In this document: positions 36,555-49,876 of the stretch, piece after piece
Numbering within the stretch: the stretch's first letter is position 1
Layout: each line of letters starts with the position of its first letter
NCBI GenBank assembly: GCA_047495785.1
Contig: JBLDXI010000048.1
Span: 1,054,001-1,118,000, forward strand
Direction: 5' to 3'
Length of the DNA: 64,000 nucleotides
DNA from: Lepidodermella squamata
Taxonomy: Eukaryota > Animalia > Gastrotricha
Position numbers and translations under genes: made by a program
The notes under the pieces: model-generated
The model's input: only the letters and a program-made list of their open reading frames with translations
What the model was told of the DNA's origin: nothing
The model's database searches: none

Positions 36555-39552
36555 GTTAATCGGATTTAATGAAAATCTGATGATTCCACCGGGTCGAGTT
36601 GCTGTGGCTTAAATAGCCTACGCTGTCGCGCTTTTGGGTATGTGGGTGTAACGTAGGGTCTCGCGAACCTGGATCTGGGTGATTTTCTGGCTAGATATTT
36701 ACGTCTCGGTCATTTTTTGTTCAGGAACTCGCGGTGGGAGGGAAGCTGATTTTTCTCACGCCGCGGCAGACGACAGATTTCGGATTACATGCGACATGGG
36801 AGGCTTATCTTTTGACCGATTTCGTCACTTTTTGTGCCACAGTTCTACTTTTTCCGGTTTTTTCACTATTTACTACGGTGATTGTAGCCCACGCGACGAC
36901 GAATTAAATTCTAAAAACGATGGTGAAATCAATCAAAATGAATTATAAAGACAGGAATTTATCGTAAAAACGATTTTAGTGAAATTGTGTTGTTTCCCGT
37001 TAATAGTTGATGAATTTTTCGTCAACTCTAATGTTGAAATTCGAATTTTTCCGGTTTATTTCCCACTTATTGCAATTTCCATTCATTCAATTTTGATCGT
37101 ACGAGCTACGCAATAAAATGACCATCAGCTCGTAATAAAACGACCAGGACGCGTGCCCGTAATTGGCACGAGACCCTCAATAAAAACATACGCCGCGCGA
37201 GGTCACCGCACCACTGTTTCTTCGTTTTTGCTAATCATCATCTCGCACACACAACACAAACAAGCACACAAATCGCGAAAATTGATGTTTCTTGCTTCTT
37301 GATGTTTTGAGACTGCATTTATTTCACTTATTCTTACCTGGCAGTTTCTTAGAACAGGTCATTTATTACCAGCTCCATGTTTCTTGTTACTAGTTCGACT
37401 TGACTAAACGCCCGTTTTTACACCGCCGTATTGCCAGGCCGAATTCATCTGCTCCATCGTCCGATCTTAATCACGGTCGAATTCTTCGAATGCCTGCAAG
37501 TGCTAATCAAGTGCTCATCGCCTAATTTCTTTTAATAGACACTTCAAATCGTTTTAATGTTTCAGGATTCCAGTGATTATTTCCCGAGTCATTCTCAAAA
37601 TTCGCCCATTTGCTTTTAATACAATGAATGAATGACACTCACCAGCAGCCTGAGACTCGCGGGCTTTTATCTATGCTTTTCCATCTCTTGGTTACGACAA
37701 GGTCGCTGATTTTGCGTTACTGAATTTAACGTTCCCCATTCTTGTCACCTTTTCTCCTGAAATTCGAAAAGCGGCTCTCTTTTTACATAGATTGCCATTA
37801 CCAGCTGATCTATACTTCAGGCCTCGGTAATTTTAGTCGGTTATTTCATCTCGGAATTCTGGGACCTTGAGACAAGGTGTATCACCTATCAGAATTCTCT
37901 CGTTGCTGGATTTCGTACTATTTAGTATTTAGCCTTGATTTTACGCCATTTTGTCCTGATTTCATCTCATTCCGACCGGGATTTCTGAAATCTGAAATTT
38001 CTTTGTATTGTATTCGCATTTTGCTTTGGTATTTTTTACTATACAAGCGATCTATTCATACATATAACTGGAGTTAAGGTTGACAAATTCTTTCCATTTT
38101 CCTACGAAATTTAGCGAAATTTCGGAATATTGTCACCATATATCCCGAGCGAAGCGAGAAATTTTCCACGAATATTCCTGATTCACCTTGCTTTTCCCGT
38201 TTCACCTTTTGGAGTGAACTCGGAAATTGAGGGAAGAGGGTTCAATTATCATCAATTTTTCATTCAAACCCCTTTAACGATTTTTTTGGAATTTTTTGAG
38301 TAGTGAAAGATGAAATAAATTGATAGCTTTTTAGTAAAATCATAACAAAAAACAAACAAAATGCTTATCCGACAGATTGGAATGGCTCTTCATTGCAAGT
38401 CGTTAACCGAATGAAGGCCCAGAAATATTCCCAAAATTTTTAGTAAAACCGAACTTTTCGCCATTTACTATTTCGCCCTCTGTGCCCGTGCGTTAATACG
38501 GCCTTTGGATTTCACCTACCTATAGCCTCCACATCAACGTCATCGATACCCACTCAATGTCTTGTCTAAAAATGAGAAAAAATCTGCCGTAATTTTTGAA
38601 ATCTTGCGTTAGAGTTTAGCAAAGTTCCTAGCTTTTTTCAACCAATAGATCGTGAAATCGGAAAAACTTGAGGAGAATCGCCGCTTAATATCATTTAGTT
38701 TCCGTTTTTTCAGCCGCGATGATTGGGTCCCCAGAGTTGTCTTTATAGAATTTAATTCAATTTCTGACTCACTTTAAATCGATTCATGTCTGATGTTGGA
38801 TAATCGCATCATCTAATATATGCGTTAATAACCTTGCGCTAATGTCTTGCCAGTCAATCAAATTATTTGAGCGAGTGGATGCGAATAGGTGAAATTGCCA
38901 TGGAGCAGCCACCTCGACTGAATTCATCCTTCATCGCTATTTCTATCATCACCTCTAGCCTCAATTTGTTTCGGAAATAATGATTGCGGAAATTTTGAAA
39001 TGACGCGAAATACGCGTATCGGGTCAGGAAAATTCTAAAAAATCAATGAATTGAATTTGATTAAAGTTTCCCGAGATTATATCCGTCTATGGCGGCTGAA
39101 CTCTAAATTCTTTTTACTCTAAATTGTAGTTTGTTTGAATATTAGGTACTTAGACATTGAATGAGGTGAGCTTCAAAAATAACTTCGAAATTTTGCATAT
39201 GAAGATGAAAATTAGGCTAAATATTATGGAGCTTTTTTATGTTAGGTTCATCGATTTATTTTGTAATTTCAGTGGCATTTTGCCATATTGTTACAGTAGA
39301 CCTGCTCGATAAAATGAATAACACGGGAATTTCGGTGAAATTATGATTCAGTAATTATAATGAAATGAGTTGAAGTTATATTGAAATTATAAATCAGTGA
39401 AATTCAAATTATGAAAATGTAGTGATTCGGTTTTCAACTGATGGCGACGCAATCATTTGTGCTGATTTGGGGCATTTTTGTGATTATTCAAGAAATGTTT
39501 GAAGCCATGTGAAATTCGAAATTTTTTATATACGCTATATTCATCTGTATTA

Positions 39553-39806
39553 TACGGCGTGTCCCATAATTTGCGCAATAAATTTTCAACGTTATGTAGG
39601 AAATTTAACTAATGTTTTGAAAACTGACCTTCTGGGATCAACTTCCATCCTTTATCCGCGATTTCACCGAAGAAATTGAAAATGTATCGGATCCCATAAA
39701 ACCTATTGGTAACTGATTCGGTAATTTTCTGTATTTTACCCGATTTGACCAAATTTCTCCGGATTTTTTTTAATCCCATTGACAAGTGACATACTTGATT
39801 ACTATT
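39553..39806 (+). mobile_element. Partial copy of the 'TACAGCGTGTCCC' MITE family
   Basis: Left end tacggcgtgtcccataa. Internal block gaccaaatttctcc.gatt...caagtgacat.cttgat is shared with 41362-41726 and 61943-62140. Confidence 0.6.
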
Positions 39807-41361
39807 TTCATGACTTTTTGAATTTTTTCCAGATTTTCCTGGCCATGAGATTACCCTCTTTTTTAAAGTTCCTGGTCCCTTTTTCGTGTCGTTTCTTTAT
39901 TCGAAATTCTCCTCAACATTTTTGAGATTTTCTTTTATTTCTTGATCGCCTGGTCATCCCTAACACTCTTAATTTATCAACGGTCCAGACCATTAGAAAA
40001 CACACCGCTGGAACAGATTCATATTTAACGCTGAAACTTTTCGGACCGATCTCACAAATTTTAGCGGTAGATATTTTGAAGAAAATCTTGAAACGCTGAA
40101 TTTTTCAAAATAATGCATGCGCTGAATATTTATAATAATTATGAGCGTTGAATATTATATATTTCTCTCCTGCCCCCTCCCTCCCTCCGGTTCAAACTCA
40201 AATTCAAAATCGAGCAATTTCAGTTTTTTTACTAAGTCCGAAAATATGAATTATAGTCAAATGAAGTATTATTTACGTTTAGGTAGAACTACGAACTCAA
40301 TAGCATTATTAGCAGAGCGAATTTCAATGGCCTCGGTTGTCCGTGCCAATTTTTTCGTGCCGAGAAAATGAGAACTTAATTTACGAAAGTCTGAACAATA
40401 AATGCACACGTGACCATCAAGGCTTTGAAATTTGCTCTGCGAATCAATGAACACGCAAATCAAAAAGGTGTAGTTAGGCAGAAAACGAAAACAATGAGAC
40501 TATTATCATGTTTGAGACGTTTTGGTTCGGTCAATTTTGATGTTCGAAGTTTTATAGCTTCATTAGCCCCAGTTGGCTTGCGATGATTGCAATCTTCATC
40601 GAATTTGAAATAATCGATATCGGCTGCAGTGCAAGGCAAATTCAGCGCCCTTCATGCTTCATTCTTCTTCGCCGATTGACAGTAAACGAGCCATAAATGA
40701 GCGCAAAATTTGAGCCAAATCGACCGAAATCAAAAGAAATTAGGTTAAAATTCATAAATTCAGTAATTAACCTGAAGCGAAATCAGCGCGCACTGCGGTA
40801 TTAACTGAATGCACCTTGAAATCCCCATCACCACGCCAATTGCCGAAAAATCAGAGGTTAGAGCAACAAAATCTCAAATTCAGATCTCAAGAAAAATATC
40901 TCCTCGATTTTAGAGACAAAAATTAAGTAATGAGAAGGAATGATGAGGCGACGTGGTCTTGAGTCCAGCTTTGTTTCGTAACAATAGGTGTCCCTTTCTC
41001 TCCCTAGGAATTTTTATTTTACAGCGTTAGATCTCTTAATAGGACTTGAGTCTCAGAAATTTTCCCAAGTACTTATTAACGCCAAGCGTTAAAATTTATT
41101 TTTGTGGATATTCAACGCCCTGATTTATTTGTTTCAGCGCTTGAAATTATCAGTTACAGCGGCGTCAAGGGAGAGGTGAAATTCCTAGGCTGAGTTCTCC
41201 GTTGACGAAATATAACTAAATTCGTCTACGGGCCTGAGTATTTGAATGGAAAAGGACCGCTCTCTCCGCGGTCAGGACCGTTGATTTCATAAGAGTGAAG
41301 AATCTCAATTCGATGAGAAAAGCGTTCAATTTTGTGAGATTTCCGAGGCTTTGCAATAAAA

Positions 41362-41726
41362 TACAGCGTGTCTCAGATGTTCCGTGACCTTTCTCAATTT
41401 TGCAACTCTTTGCTGGAAATTTAAATATTTTTAACCTTCTAACCGTTTAAGAAAATACCATTCTATCCTCCATTTACCCCGAATTTACTTGAAAATTTTG
41501 AATTTATCGAAGAAAACCAGGAGAATCCCGATAGTAACTGGCTCGGTAACTTTTCGGCATTTTACCGCGTTGGACCAAATTTCTCCAGATTATTCTAATC
41601 GCATTGCCAAGTGACATGCTTGATCACTGTTGAATTCTTTAACAAAATTTCTCCGCCTCTCATTTTAGAGTTTTTGATTTCTTCACCTTGTACTTCTGTT
41701 TTTGCCTTCCTTATGGGACACGCTAT
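41362..41726 (+). mobile_element. MITE, 'TACAGCGTGTCCC' family (Tc1/mariner-like ends)
   Basis: Ends tacagcgtgtctca and tgggacacgctat. Internal block shared with two other copies in the window. Confidence 0.65.
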
Positions 41727-41861
41727 TTAGTGTTTAGATGTTAGATGAATTTAAATTTGAGTTTCTCAGTATCAAAGCCCGTAGTTGATGAATAAAAATT
41801 CCGCCTTAAGACTAATAGATTGTCCAATTTTTTCCCGTTTGAACTTTTAGATGTGATAAAA

Positions 41862-43079
41862 ATGGTTGAAAAAGCCCGAAATCATGACGAATTTGCCTGC
41901 AAAAGCCAATGCGAACTCGTTCCGATGGGCCCCATGCGAAACGGCCTCGTCAAATTACTTCGCCACATTACTGAAGTCGAATTATTACCCTGGAAATCTC
42001 GCAACCGAGTTGACATTCGAATCGACGGAATTCCCTACGAAAAAATCGCTTTCAATCTACCTCTGAGTTGTTTGGTCGGGCCAAATATCGTCTTATCAGC
42101 TCGGCGATCAAAATCTATCGAAACTTGCTGTTTCAAAGCTTCGTCGAAAAGTGAATTCAGCTGGAAATTTGATAAGAATTTGATGAATGACATGATGGAA
42201 GCGATTTTTACGAGAATCTGGTCACGAGCTGACGCGGCAAACTATTTTAATCGATCGATTTTTCTATCGATTTCTCTATCACTGGCCCGGTCTGATTGGC
42301 TGCGAATTCGATTTTTATTGATGAAATTCGCGGAATCTACGCCGAAATGTGTTTTGGACTTGGTAATGCGATATTCACTGCGAGAAATTTCAGTCAGGGA
42401 TCAGCTTGAAAATTACGATTGTTTAACAAGATTGAAGGCGCCTTATTTCGAATTTTCAAATTTGAGTCACCCTATTTCGACGCTGATTCAATTTTTCGCT
42501 CGATGGGCCGATGAACAGCATGAATTTTCGATTTTAATCGATAAATTTCACATTTTGAAAGAAATGTGTTCGGCCTTTGAGAAGCAGCCGTGCCCTTCGT
42601 ATAAAATATTCCTGGCTCGATTTTGGCTCAATTTTTGCATCGAATTAAGTGGCGTTAATCGTTTCGATAATTTGATCGATTTTTTGGCAAATCTTCACCG
42701 GGCCGAAATTCCGTTGCATGAATCGTGCCGGAAAGTGTTGGATTGCCGCGATTTAGCCCGGGTTTTGGCTCGATCGGGTCTACTCCTGCCGCCTGTAATG
42801 GAAATTCGAGAATATGAATCCAGATTTTTGCCGCATGTCAATCTAATTTTCTCGTGTTCCCGATCAGTCGCAGTGAAAAATGTGTGTCCTGTCAAATTTT
42901 TGCCGCTCAGTTTGAAAATCTTCAGCCGTCGAGTTGTTTTGGCTCAACTACCCATCGGATATTCTAGGCGGCTGCAGGCGACGGAAATGCTGGTGAAAAT
43001 TGGCGTTTTGAATGATGAAATGGCGAAATTTTTGTTGCTCTCTGACTTTTATTCCTGTGATAATGAAGATTTGCTATGA
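41862..43079 (+). CDS. Divergent SOCS-box protein, family member A (coding region intronless)
   Basis: N-terminal Cys cluster (FACKSQC), central PKCVL, and C-terminal PLSLKIFSRRVVLAQLP...LNDEMAKFLLL (BC-box plus degenerate Cullin box). Aligns motif by motif with 54165 and 58552. Confidence 0.7.
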   Translation: MVEKARNHDEFACKSQCELVPMGPMRNGLVKLLRHITEVELLPWKSRNRVDIRIDGIPYEKIAFNLPLSCLVGPNIVLSARRSKSIETCCFKASSKSEFSWKFDKNLMNDMMEAIFTRIWSRADAANYFNRSIFLSISLSLARSDWLRIRFLLMKFAESTPKCVLDLVMRYSLREISVRDQLENYDCLTRLKAPYFEFSNLSHPISTLIQFFARWADEQHEFSILIDKFHILKEMCSAFEKQPCPSYKIFLARFWLNFCIELSGVNRFDNLIDFLANLHRAEIPLHESCRKVLDCRDLARVLARSGLLLPPVMEIREYESRFLPHVNLIFSCSRSVAVKNVCPVKFLPLSLKIFSRRVVLAQLPIGYSRRLQATEMLVKIGVLNDEMAKFLLLSDFYSCDNEDLL

Positions 43080-44159
43080 GGATTTATAATATTTCTGGAA
43101 GCTCAACATTTTTTGGTTTATTTTCCGAGTCGTATTAAACGCTGTGAATATTAATTGGTTCAATTTATTCTTCCATCTCAGGATAATCGTGAAGGCTTTA
43201 AGGCAAAACCTGACTCTGAACTCAAAATTCTCGCCAATTTTGCATATTTATCGTTTTTCAGTGCGGGATATTATGTGCTAAATTCCGAAACGCCGCGTTC
43301 AATTTATCAAATAATTTACCGAGACTAACACATGACCTGGGCTCATGGTCGCATTCTAGGCCGGTTTTCAGTCAAATACCATGGGGTGCGAGCTTTAGTT
43401 GGCACTAATTTTTTAAATAATTTTCTAGAGGTCATCTTGAATTTCACGAAGCGAAATTCTGTGATTGAGTTCAGAAATGCACACTTTTTTGAGCCATTTC
43501 GATGAGTAATTTTCTTCTCGAATCCGCAATATTTTGCGAAGCTGTCGGGGCCATTTTTCCACCACGTAGCTTTTCATAGTATGAACCTTCAAAATTCAAA
43601 GTACTAGCAACATCGAGCAACTGAAACCTGATGGAAAAATATTTTCTTGTGATTTTTTTCACCCAATAATTTGAATATTTTTTCCGAACGGCGATTTAAA
43701 TTGTGTTAAAATTGAATAATGTTAACAAGCTTTTTGGTAAATTTTTTTCGGCAATAAAATTCTCGAAATATCACTCACTTGCGGTAATTCAGCTTCGCTT
43801 CAACGTTTTTTCTCGTTGAAATTGGTCCGCGATCCCAAAAGTGTTTCATCGGCCTTTTTAAGGAGGCCTTTACAACTAGAACCCGGCTTGGACGTTGCCG
43901 AAAAAAGGAATGGAGACGCTCATTCTTATTTTTCTTGATCTTTTTTCTCTTCGTAGGTCATTTTGTTTTTGAAAGCTTGAATTTTTTGGATTTTATCGCG
44001 ATTCGTGGCGCTGGCTGGTGGCAGTTCAATAGGGCAAGTTATCATTTTTTCCCCCGTTACCTTGTGTTAACCTTAAATTTGTTTAAAACGTTTTTATTTA
44101 TCGCAATGCCGTAATATTTTTTATTCTTTCGTTTTCTATTTGTATTATATACCTTTTAT

Positions 44160-44297
44160 CAATAGTCTCGATTGTCTCAACTTTCTGATGAAAGATGAGA
44201 TCAGTTGGATTTTGCATCTCCTCGGCAAATTCTGCCAGGCTAGATTTCCAACTCGAATTATCAGTTGAGGTTTTAGCTGCTCCCGTTTCTCGTGATC
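44160..44297 (+). repeat. Direct repeat flanking the CYP3-clan gene (copy 1; copy 2 at ~46238-46392)
   Basis: Shared tttctgat.aaaga.gaga.cagttgga, aaattctgccaggctagatttccaact, tcgaattatca.ttgaggtt and tctcgtgatc. Confidence 0.75.
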
Positions 44298-44522
44298 AGA
44301 CTATTTTAAATAATTGAGTGCGTGAAAAACTTGCCGTGGCCATTTATTATTATCAATTAATTTCACACGTATGCAGCTTTAAACACGCGTAATTTTCGGC
44401 TAAACGTGTCAATTCCACTTATAACTACCAAAGTTGATACGACATTAATTACGGACAAGGGAATATAAATGAAAGAACCTCGTCAATTCGCCAAACTAAA
44501 TTTATTGCCAAATTTGAGAAAC

Positions 44523-46131
44523 ATGGAGGCAATTTTTGTACTTACTGCGTCAACGCTCTTGTTAGTTACATTTTTCCTGTATCTCTATCGCAAGTTCGTA
44601 GTCTATCGCTCCCTCGCTAATGAAGGGATCCCGGGCCCGGAACCGCATTGGCTCACCGGTAATTTGTCGGAATTCAAAGATAAAACAGCCCGTCATCTGG
44701 TTTTCCACAAATGGACTAAGAAATACGGCAAACTCTATGGATTCTACGAGGGCCCAACTCCAACAATCGTTACATCAGATTTGGACTTCGCAACACAGTT
44801 CTACGTCAAACAGTTCCCGAGCTTTCACGGCCATAAATTGTTCGTCCTTCAACCTGATCCTGATTCAAAATTGTACCCAATAGCGATAAATCAGTCGAGA
44901 GGCTATCGATGGAAGCGCCTGAGAACGCTGATGAACCCCATGTTTTCGGTGGCGAAAATCAAGACTTTCATGCCACTTTTCGCGAAATGTCAGGATGAAT
45001 TCATGCAGTTGATTGATTCAAAGGCTGAACAGAACAGCGAAGGGTTCGAAATTTTCGAATGCTTCCAATTGCTTACAATGGATACGATAGCTTCTGTAGC
45101 GTTTGGAATGGAGCTGAATGGCTGTAATTCGCAGCAAGGGCTGAACCATCCGTTTTTAGCTATGCTGAGAAATCGCATGGAGACAATCTCCAATTTCCCC
45201 TCTGCATTCTATCTCGGTTTGATTGTACCCCAGTTGACATACACATTTCGCTACCTGGAACTTGTTCGAGGCAAACTGTTCAATTCAGGAATGATAACGG
45301 CTACTAAACGAGTTTGGGATGCGATGAGATGCATTATCGAGAGGAGAAAATCCAACGAAAAAGATCGCAGATCCGATTTACTGCAGATGATGATTGATGT
45401 CGAGGAATCTGGGGTAGACCCGGAGATGCTGAACGGGCATAAAGGATTGACAACTGAGGAAATGGTTGGACAATCGTTCTTTCTAATGAACGCTGGTTTC
45501 GATGTAAGCTATCAGCCAATTTTTCATCAGACCCTAATTTTTCGTGTTTTAGACATCCAGCGCTATGTTAGCTATAATATGCCACATTCTAGCTAAACAC
45601 CCGGAAGCTCAGGATAAATTGATTGCTGAAATCGATGACACGTTTCAACAGAATCCTGAACCAGACTACAACACTATCTATGATATGAAATACCTAACCG
45701 CTGTTATCAATGAATCAATGAGGCTGTATCCTATTGCATCTCCTGTTGTTCATCGCCTAGCTATGGATGATGCAGTCATCAATGGAATCAATATCAAGAA
45801 GGGAACTGGAGTTATTGCTGATGTGTGGTCGATTCATCGAGATCCGGAGCAATGGGGCCCTGCTGATGTTGAAGAATTCTGTCCGGAGCGGTTTCTGCCT
45901 GACTATCCGACAACGTCGAGCCGGCACGAGGCTGCTTTCCTGCCATTTGGCTTTGGGCCTAGAATTTGTTTAGGCGTTCGATTTGCTAATCTTCTCATGA
46001 AACTCACCCTCATTAACTTACTGCGCAAGTATAGAATTGAGAAAACGGCGAATTTTAAAGAGACTATGAGCGTCAGCACTGCTTTTAGTTGGAAACCCGA
46101 TGAAGTGCATGTTAAACTTGTTAGTAGATGA
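44523..46131 (+). CDS. Cytochrome P450, CYP3 clan
   Basis: Exons 44523-45503 and 45553-46131 (49-nt intron inside AGFD|TS). Motifs GIPGPEPHWLTGNL, KYGKLYGFYEG, WKRLR, ESMR, PERF and PFGFGPRICLG. Confidence 0.95.
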
Positions 46132-47017
46132 TCTTTTCTGAGATATAAATGCAATTGTATCGACCATCCTATCTTGAACAATTTCATTAATTTTCAATAG
46201 ATGAAAACGCGTACTTACGTATTGACCGCCGCCTTTTCAATACTTAATCTTGATCGCCTCAAGTTTCTGATAAAAGAGGAGAGCAGTTGGAATTGAGGTC
46301 TCTTCCGGAAATTCTGCCAGGCTAGATTTCCAACTTCGAATGATTTCGAATTATCATTTGAGGTTAAGTATAGCTCGTTCTATCTCGTGATCTCCATATG
46401 GATCGTGTTTTCCATTAAAAATTCAGATTTCGCAAGTTTTTCACCTATTATTTTTTGAATTCCAAATTATTGTTGAAATTAATAGAAAAAATAAGCAAAT
46501 TTTGTCGCAGGAAACCGATTTTGAAACTTCGAGGTTTGACGGGTTTTGAATTTCGAGCGGTAATGTGACCAGAGATATTTGTACGCGTTCGTCTGAACAA
46601 CGCCAAATTGGGTTTCAACTTCTCTGAATTTTCAATCGCCACCTGAGCATCCTATCACTCTCGGAATGTTTCTATACATTCTTTTTGGCTATTCTATAAT
46701 TACTAAAATTACTTTCAGTTCTTACACACCTTGGGCGGATTTTACGTGCCAACCGGCCATCCTCCTTCTGACAAATATTTCTAGTTCATGAATCATTGTA
46801 TTTTGTCCTTCCTTTTTGCAAAACGAGTGTTCCAATGTATTTTTTCGACTGATAAAGCCGTTGCCAAGTTCCCAGTGGAATCATTTTCTAATCAAAATCC
46901 GCGCCCTCTTTTAGCGTTAAGAGATAAGATATCTCAAGTTATCAAGGGTTTCAGGTCTGCAAGGAATGGAGTAAGCGTCCTCGCAATGAGTTCATAACAG
47001 TTTTCTTGATATTTGAT

Positions 47018-49393
47018 ATGGAGACCTATTTGGAGGATTCAACGGGTCACCTCGTTGAGTTGGCCGCTTTTATTATAGGTGGTGGCGATCAAATAAAGCC
47101 ACAGTTCGTCAAGCCTGCCATAGCGAGACTTCAGACATCCTGGCCGCCTTATTTGAATGCCTTGCACAGTTTCATTATAGCGACTATTCCTGATGACTGG
47201 AGGCGCCAGACTCCGTTGACCCATGCCGTTTGGAGCAATAACCTGGAAGCCGTGAAACAATTGCTAGTCCAGGGAGCGCCGAGAGACTCCGCTTGGTATG
47301 CCAACCCGCAATTTTTCGAAAAGCCAGATTTGGGAAAACCTCAGCCTTTTCCGAGAAATGACACGCTTGAAGAAGTGGCAAATCAGATTCGTCTGTTCGA
47401 AGAGGAAGAAGAACGCAAATTCCTACAACGCGGGAAAGAACGCGCCATCCAGCGCGCCATTCCTAAGTATAAATCACGGTCAACAACGGATGGGTATGAG
47501 AGATATAGAAATCCTAAGTGGTATCCTGATCCAGGGAAGTATCACAAGAAAACGGTTCATTCTTCATGGACCACGCTGCGCGATGTCATAATGGAATTTG
47601 ACATCAGCTTCAGGCTACTCTACAACACCAAACTCAGCCAGTTGAGGGCTGACACTGCAGAACTACATGATAACAATCTTGCCCCTGGCTGGACCCCACT
47701 ACACATAGCGCTGTTCATGAAAAACGTTGCCATAGCCGCTGAATTGTTGATAGCTGGGGCGAATCCAGATTCTCGAGCTATTTCACCAACTGGTATGGAA
47801 TATTATCCTCTTGAAATGGCTGCTGATAACCTGGAAAATGAGGTTGCGCTGTTTCAAATTATCACCAAGCGAACTAGGGTAAAGCAGAGTGCAATGGTTG
47901 ACAGGGTTTTGATCAAAACTGTTGCTCGAGGTCAACTGGGTCACTCCAGGCTGATTTTGACCGATTTGGCGCCCAGTAACGAGGCGAAAGACAAAGCATT
48001 TTGTTCAGCTGTTGAGTTGATCAATATAGAAATGGTCGACATGTTTCTGGAGCTTAAAGTCTCGGTTACTCAAAATGTCTTCGAATTCGCTGCTAAATCT
48101 GTTCTTGAGATATGGACTAGGGACGCTGAAGCCGTAGCTAAACGATTCTTTGTAGGGCCGGAAGTAGACCGCCCAATTACGAATAATTTGGTCACTTTAC
48201 TTACCCTAACAGCTCGTCAAGCTCGTTTGAACGATTTTTCGATGAAATGGCTCGTGGAGATGCAAAGTTGCAATGTAAGGGCTCGATATCTGGACGGCAA
48301 CGGGATAACTGTCTACTCTCCTCTCGGAGAAGCGTGTGAAGCTGGAAATTTAGAGCTTTTCAAGCATCTCAACGAGATGAAAGGCGTTCCTTTAAGCGAT
48401 ATTGACATCTTCAATGGAAATTCATTAGTCCTGAAAGCTGTGAAATCCCGCGATATCGCTATGGTTGAGCATTGTGTATCATTTAACAGGAAAGACACTC
48501 TTGATTTTCTTGACCCGGTGTCCAATATGACTCCATTTCGACTTGCGATAAAAAATGGGGATGAACCCATCATCCAGCTACTCGCGAGATGTGGCGCCAA
48601 GCCCGAGTTTCAGGCTCTTCTTATTGCTGTGAGAACTAAACAATTAGAAGCCGCGGCTATTTTGATTGAGCGTTGCTCTTCTTTGGCCTTGGAAGCTAAT
48701 CCGGAAACAGGACAGACTGCGTTGATGGAAGCGGCTCATCAGCGATGGCTGGACGGGGGTAAAATCATATTGGCGAGCGGAGCTAATCCAAATGCTTTGA
48801 ATAAATTCGGTGAAACAGCCCTTTTGATCGGTCTCAAGGTTGGCTCACCCGAGGAGTTGATCCGCTTGTTGATTCTTGCTACTGATGTTGACAAACATTT
48901 TCAAAGCTCATCCGGGGAGTCGATTTTGACGCATGCTGTTCGAAGCAACTATGACCCATCAATCATTTCGGCATTATTGAGCAGAAACACGCCCATAGAC
49001 CAGTTGAACGAATTTGGAGGTTCGGCGTTAATAGAAGCTGCTAAACTAGGTCGCATCGAGCATGGTAGGATTCTGCTCAAATCTGGAATCAACATGGAAA
49101 TCGTAGCTAATGCGAATTCTTACATCCGGTCTAAACGGAAGAACAAGGTCCGCCAACGACAGCCAAATGCCCTCATGGTTGCTGCTTTTTATGGCCAGGC
49201 TGAATTTGCGCGTTTGTTGCTCGATCATTGGAAGGAGACAAAACCGAGTCTGCGAATCTCAGGGCTGGGTAAGGCTATCAAATTAGTCGAAAGACGACTG
49301 GGCCGATCGCAGTTTAATTCAGCCTTCACTTTTATCGAGAAAGACCCTACCCTTGTTGTACTGAAGAGCGAGAAGCGGTGCACCCTGATGTAG
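47018..49393 (+). CDS. Ankyrin-repeat protein with inserted stalk domain and C-terminal CaaX (ANK1), intronless
   Basis: Start METYLE. Ankyrin repeats QTPLTHAV...LLVQGA, GWTPLHIA...GANPD, GQTALMEA...GANPN, GETALL and GGSALIEAA. Ends CTLM*. Confidence 0.92.
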   Translation: METYLEDSTGHLVELAAFIIGGGDQIKPQFVKPAIARLQTSWPPYLNALHSFIIATIPDDWRRQTPLTHAVWSNNLEAVKQLLVQGAPRDSAWYANPQFFEKPDLGKPQPFPRNDTLEEVANQIRLFEEEEERKFLQRGKERAIQRAIPKYKSRSTTDGYERYRNPKWYPDPGKYHKKTVHSSWTTLRDVIMEFDISFRLLYNTKLSQLRADTAELHDNNLAPGWTPLHIALFMKNVAIAAELLIAGANPDSRAISPTGMEYYPLEMAADNLENEVALFQIITKRTRVKQSAMVDRVLIKTVARGQLGHSRLILTDLAPSNEAKDKAFCSAVELINIEMVDMFLELKVSVTQNVFEFAAKSVLEIWTRDAEAVAKRFFVGPEVDRPITNNLVTLLTLTARQARLNDFSMKWLVEMQSCNVRARYLDGNGITVYSPLGEACEAGNLELFKHLNEMKGVPLSDIDIFNGNSLVLKAVKSRDIAMVEHCVSFNRKDTLDFLDPVSNMTPFRLAIKNGDEPIIQLLARCGAKPEFQALLIAVRTKQLEAAAILIERCSSLALEANPETGQTALMEAAHQRWLDGGKIILASGANPNALNKFGETALLIGLKVGSPEELIRLLILATDVDKHFQSSSGESILTHAVRSNYDPSIISALLSRNTPIDQLNEFGGSALIEAAKLGRIEHGRILLKSGINMEIVANANSYIRSKRKNKVRQRQPNALMVAAFYGQAEFARLLLDHWKETKPSLRISGLGKAIKLVERRLGRSQFNSAFTFIEKDPTLVVLKSEKRCTLM

Positions 49394-49876
49394 ACTGTCG
49401 ATTTCATTTTTTGGTTGGTTTTTACTGCAGTAAAATACCATTTTGAAATCCTACACCATACTGTGCTTGAATTTCGTGTCATGGGGTATTTTTATTCGAT
49501 GATTTTAAACGCTGCAGGGAAATGTTTCATTTTTTCCTTTTTCGCGATGAGTGATGGCAGGACATGCCTTTCCATTCCCGGCGTATTTGTGAAAAACCCA
49601 TTCGTTTTGTCCTTGCATTATCGGATTCTTGTAATTGAGGCGGTCTTTTAGAAATCGTGACGGATTTGCCTGTAACCTGTAACATCGACTTCGGAAACTC
49701 TTACGGAATTTCTTCAATTTTTTAAATTTGTTTCACCCTACTTCGACACTATTGCCCATTGTCAATCTCGCGTTGCCGATCATTCGCAGTTGATAATTGA
49801 TAATGTGTGAAATTCCTGTTAGATTTTTTCCGCTCAGCTAACCCTAAAGTTTGAAGACACACATCTCGTGAGAGTG

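Noticed and set aside
37200-41300. Exon-like GC-richer patches with splice-like ends on the minus strand (e.g. 40277-40390, FRKLSSH...IEFVVLPK)
   Set aside because: Most patches have stops in all frames, and I could not join them into a gene model. They may be a decayed gene or lncRNA; RNA-seq would decide.
47006-47017. ORF-track starts at TTG/GTG or upstream ATGs (47006, 41820, 54099, 44469, 33183, 31668, 13924)
   Set aside because: Eukaryotic genes; paralogue alignment, signal peptides and upstream acceptors favour the downstream ATGs used here.
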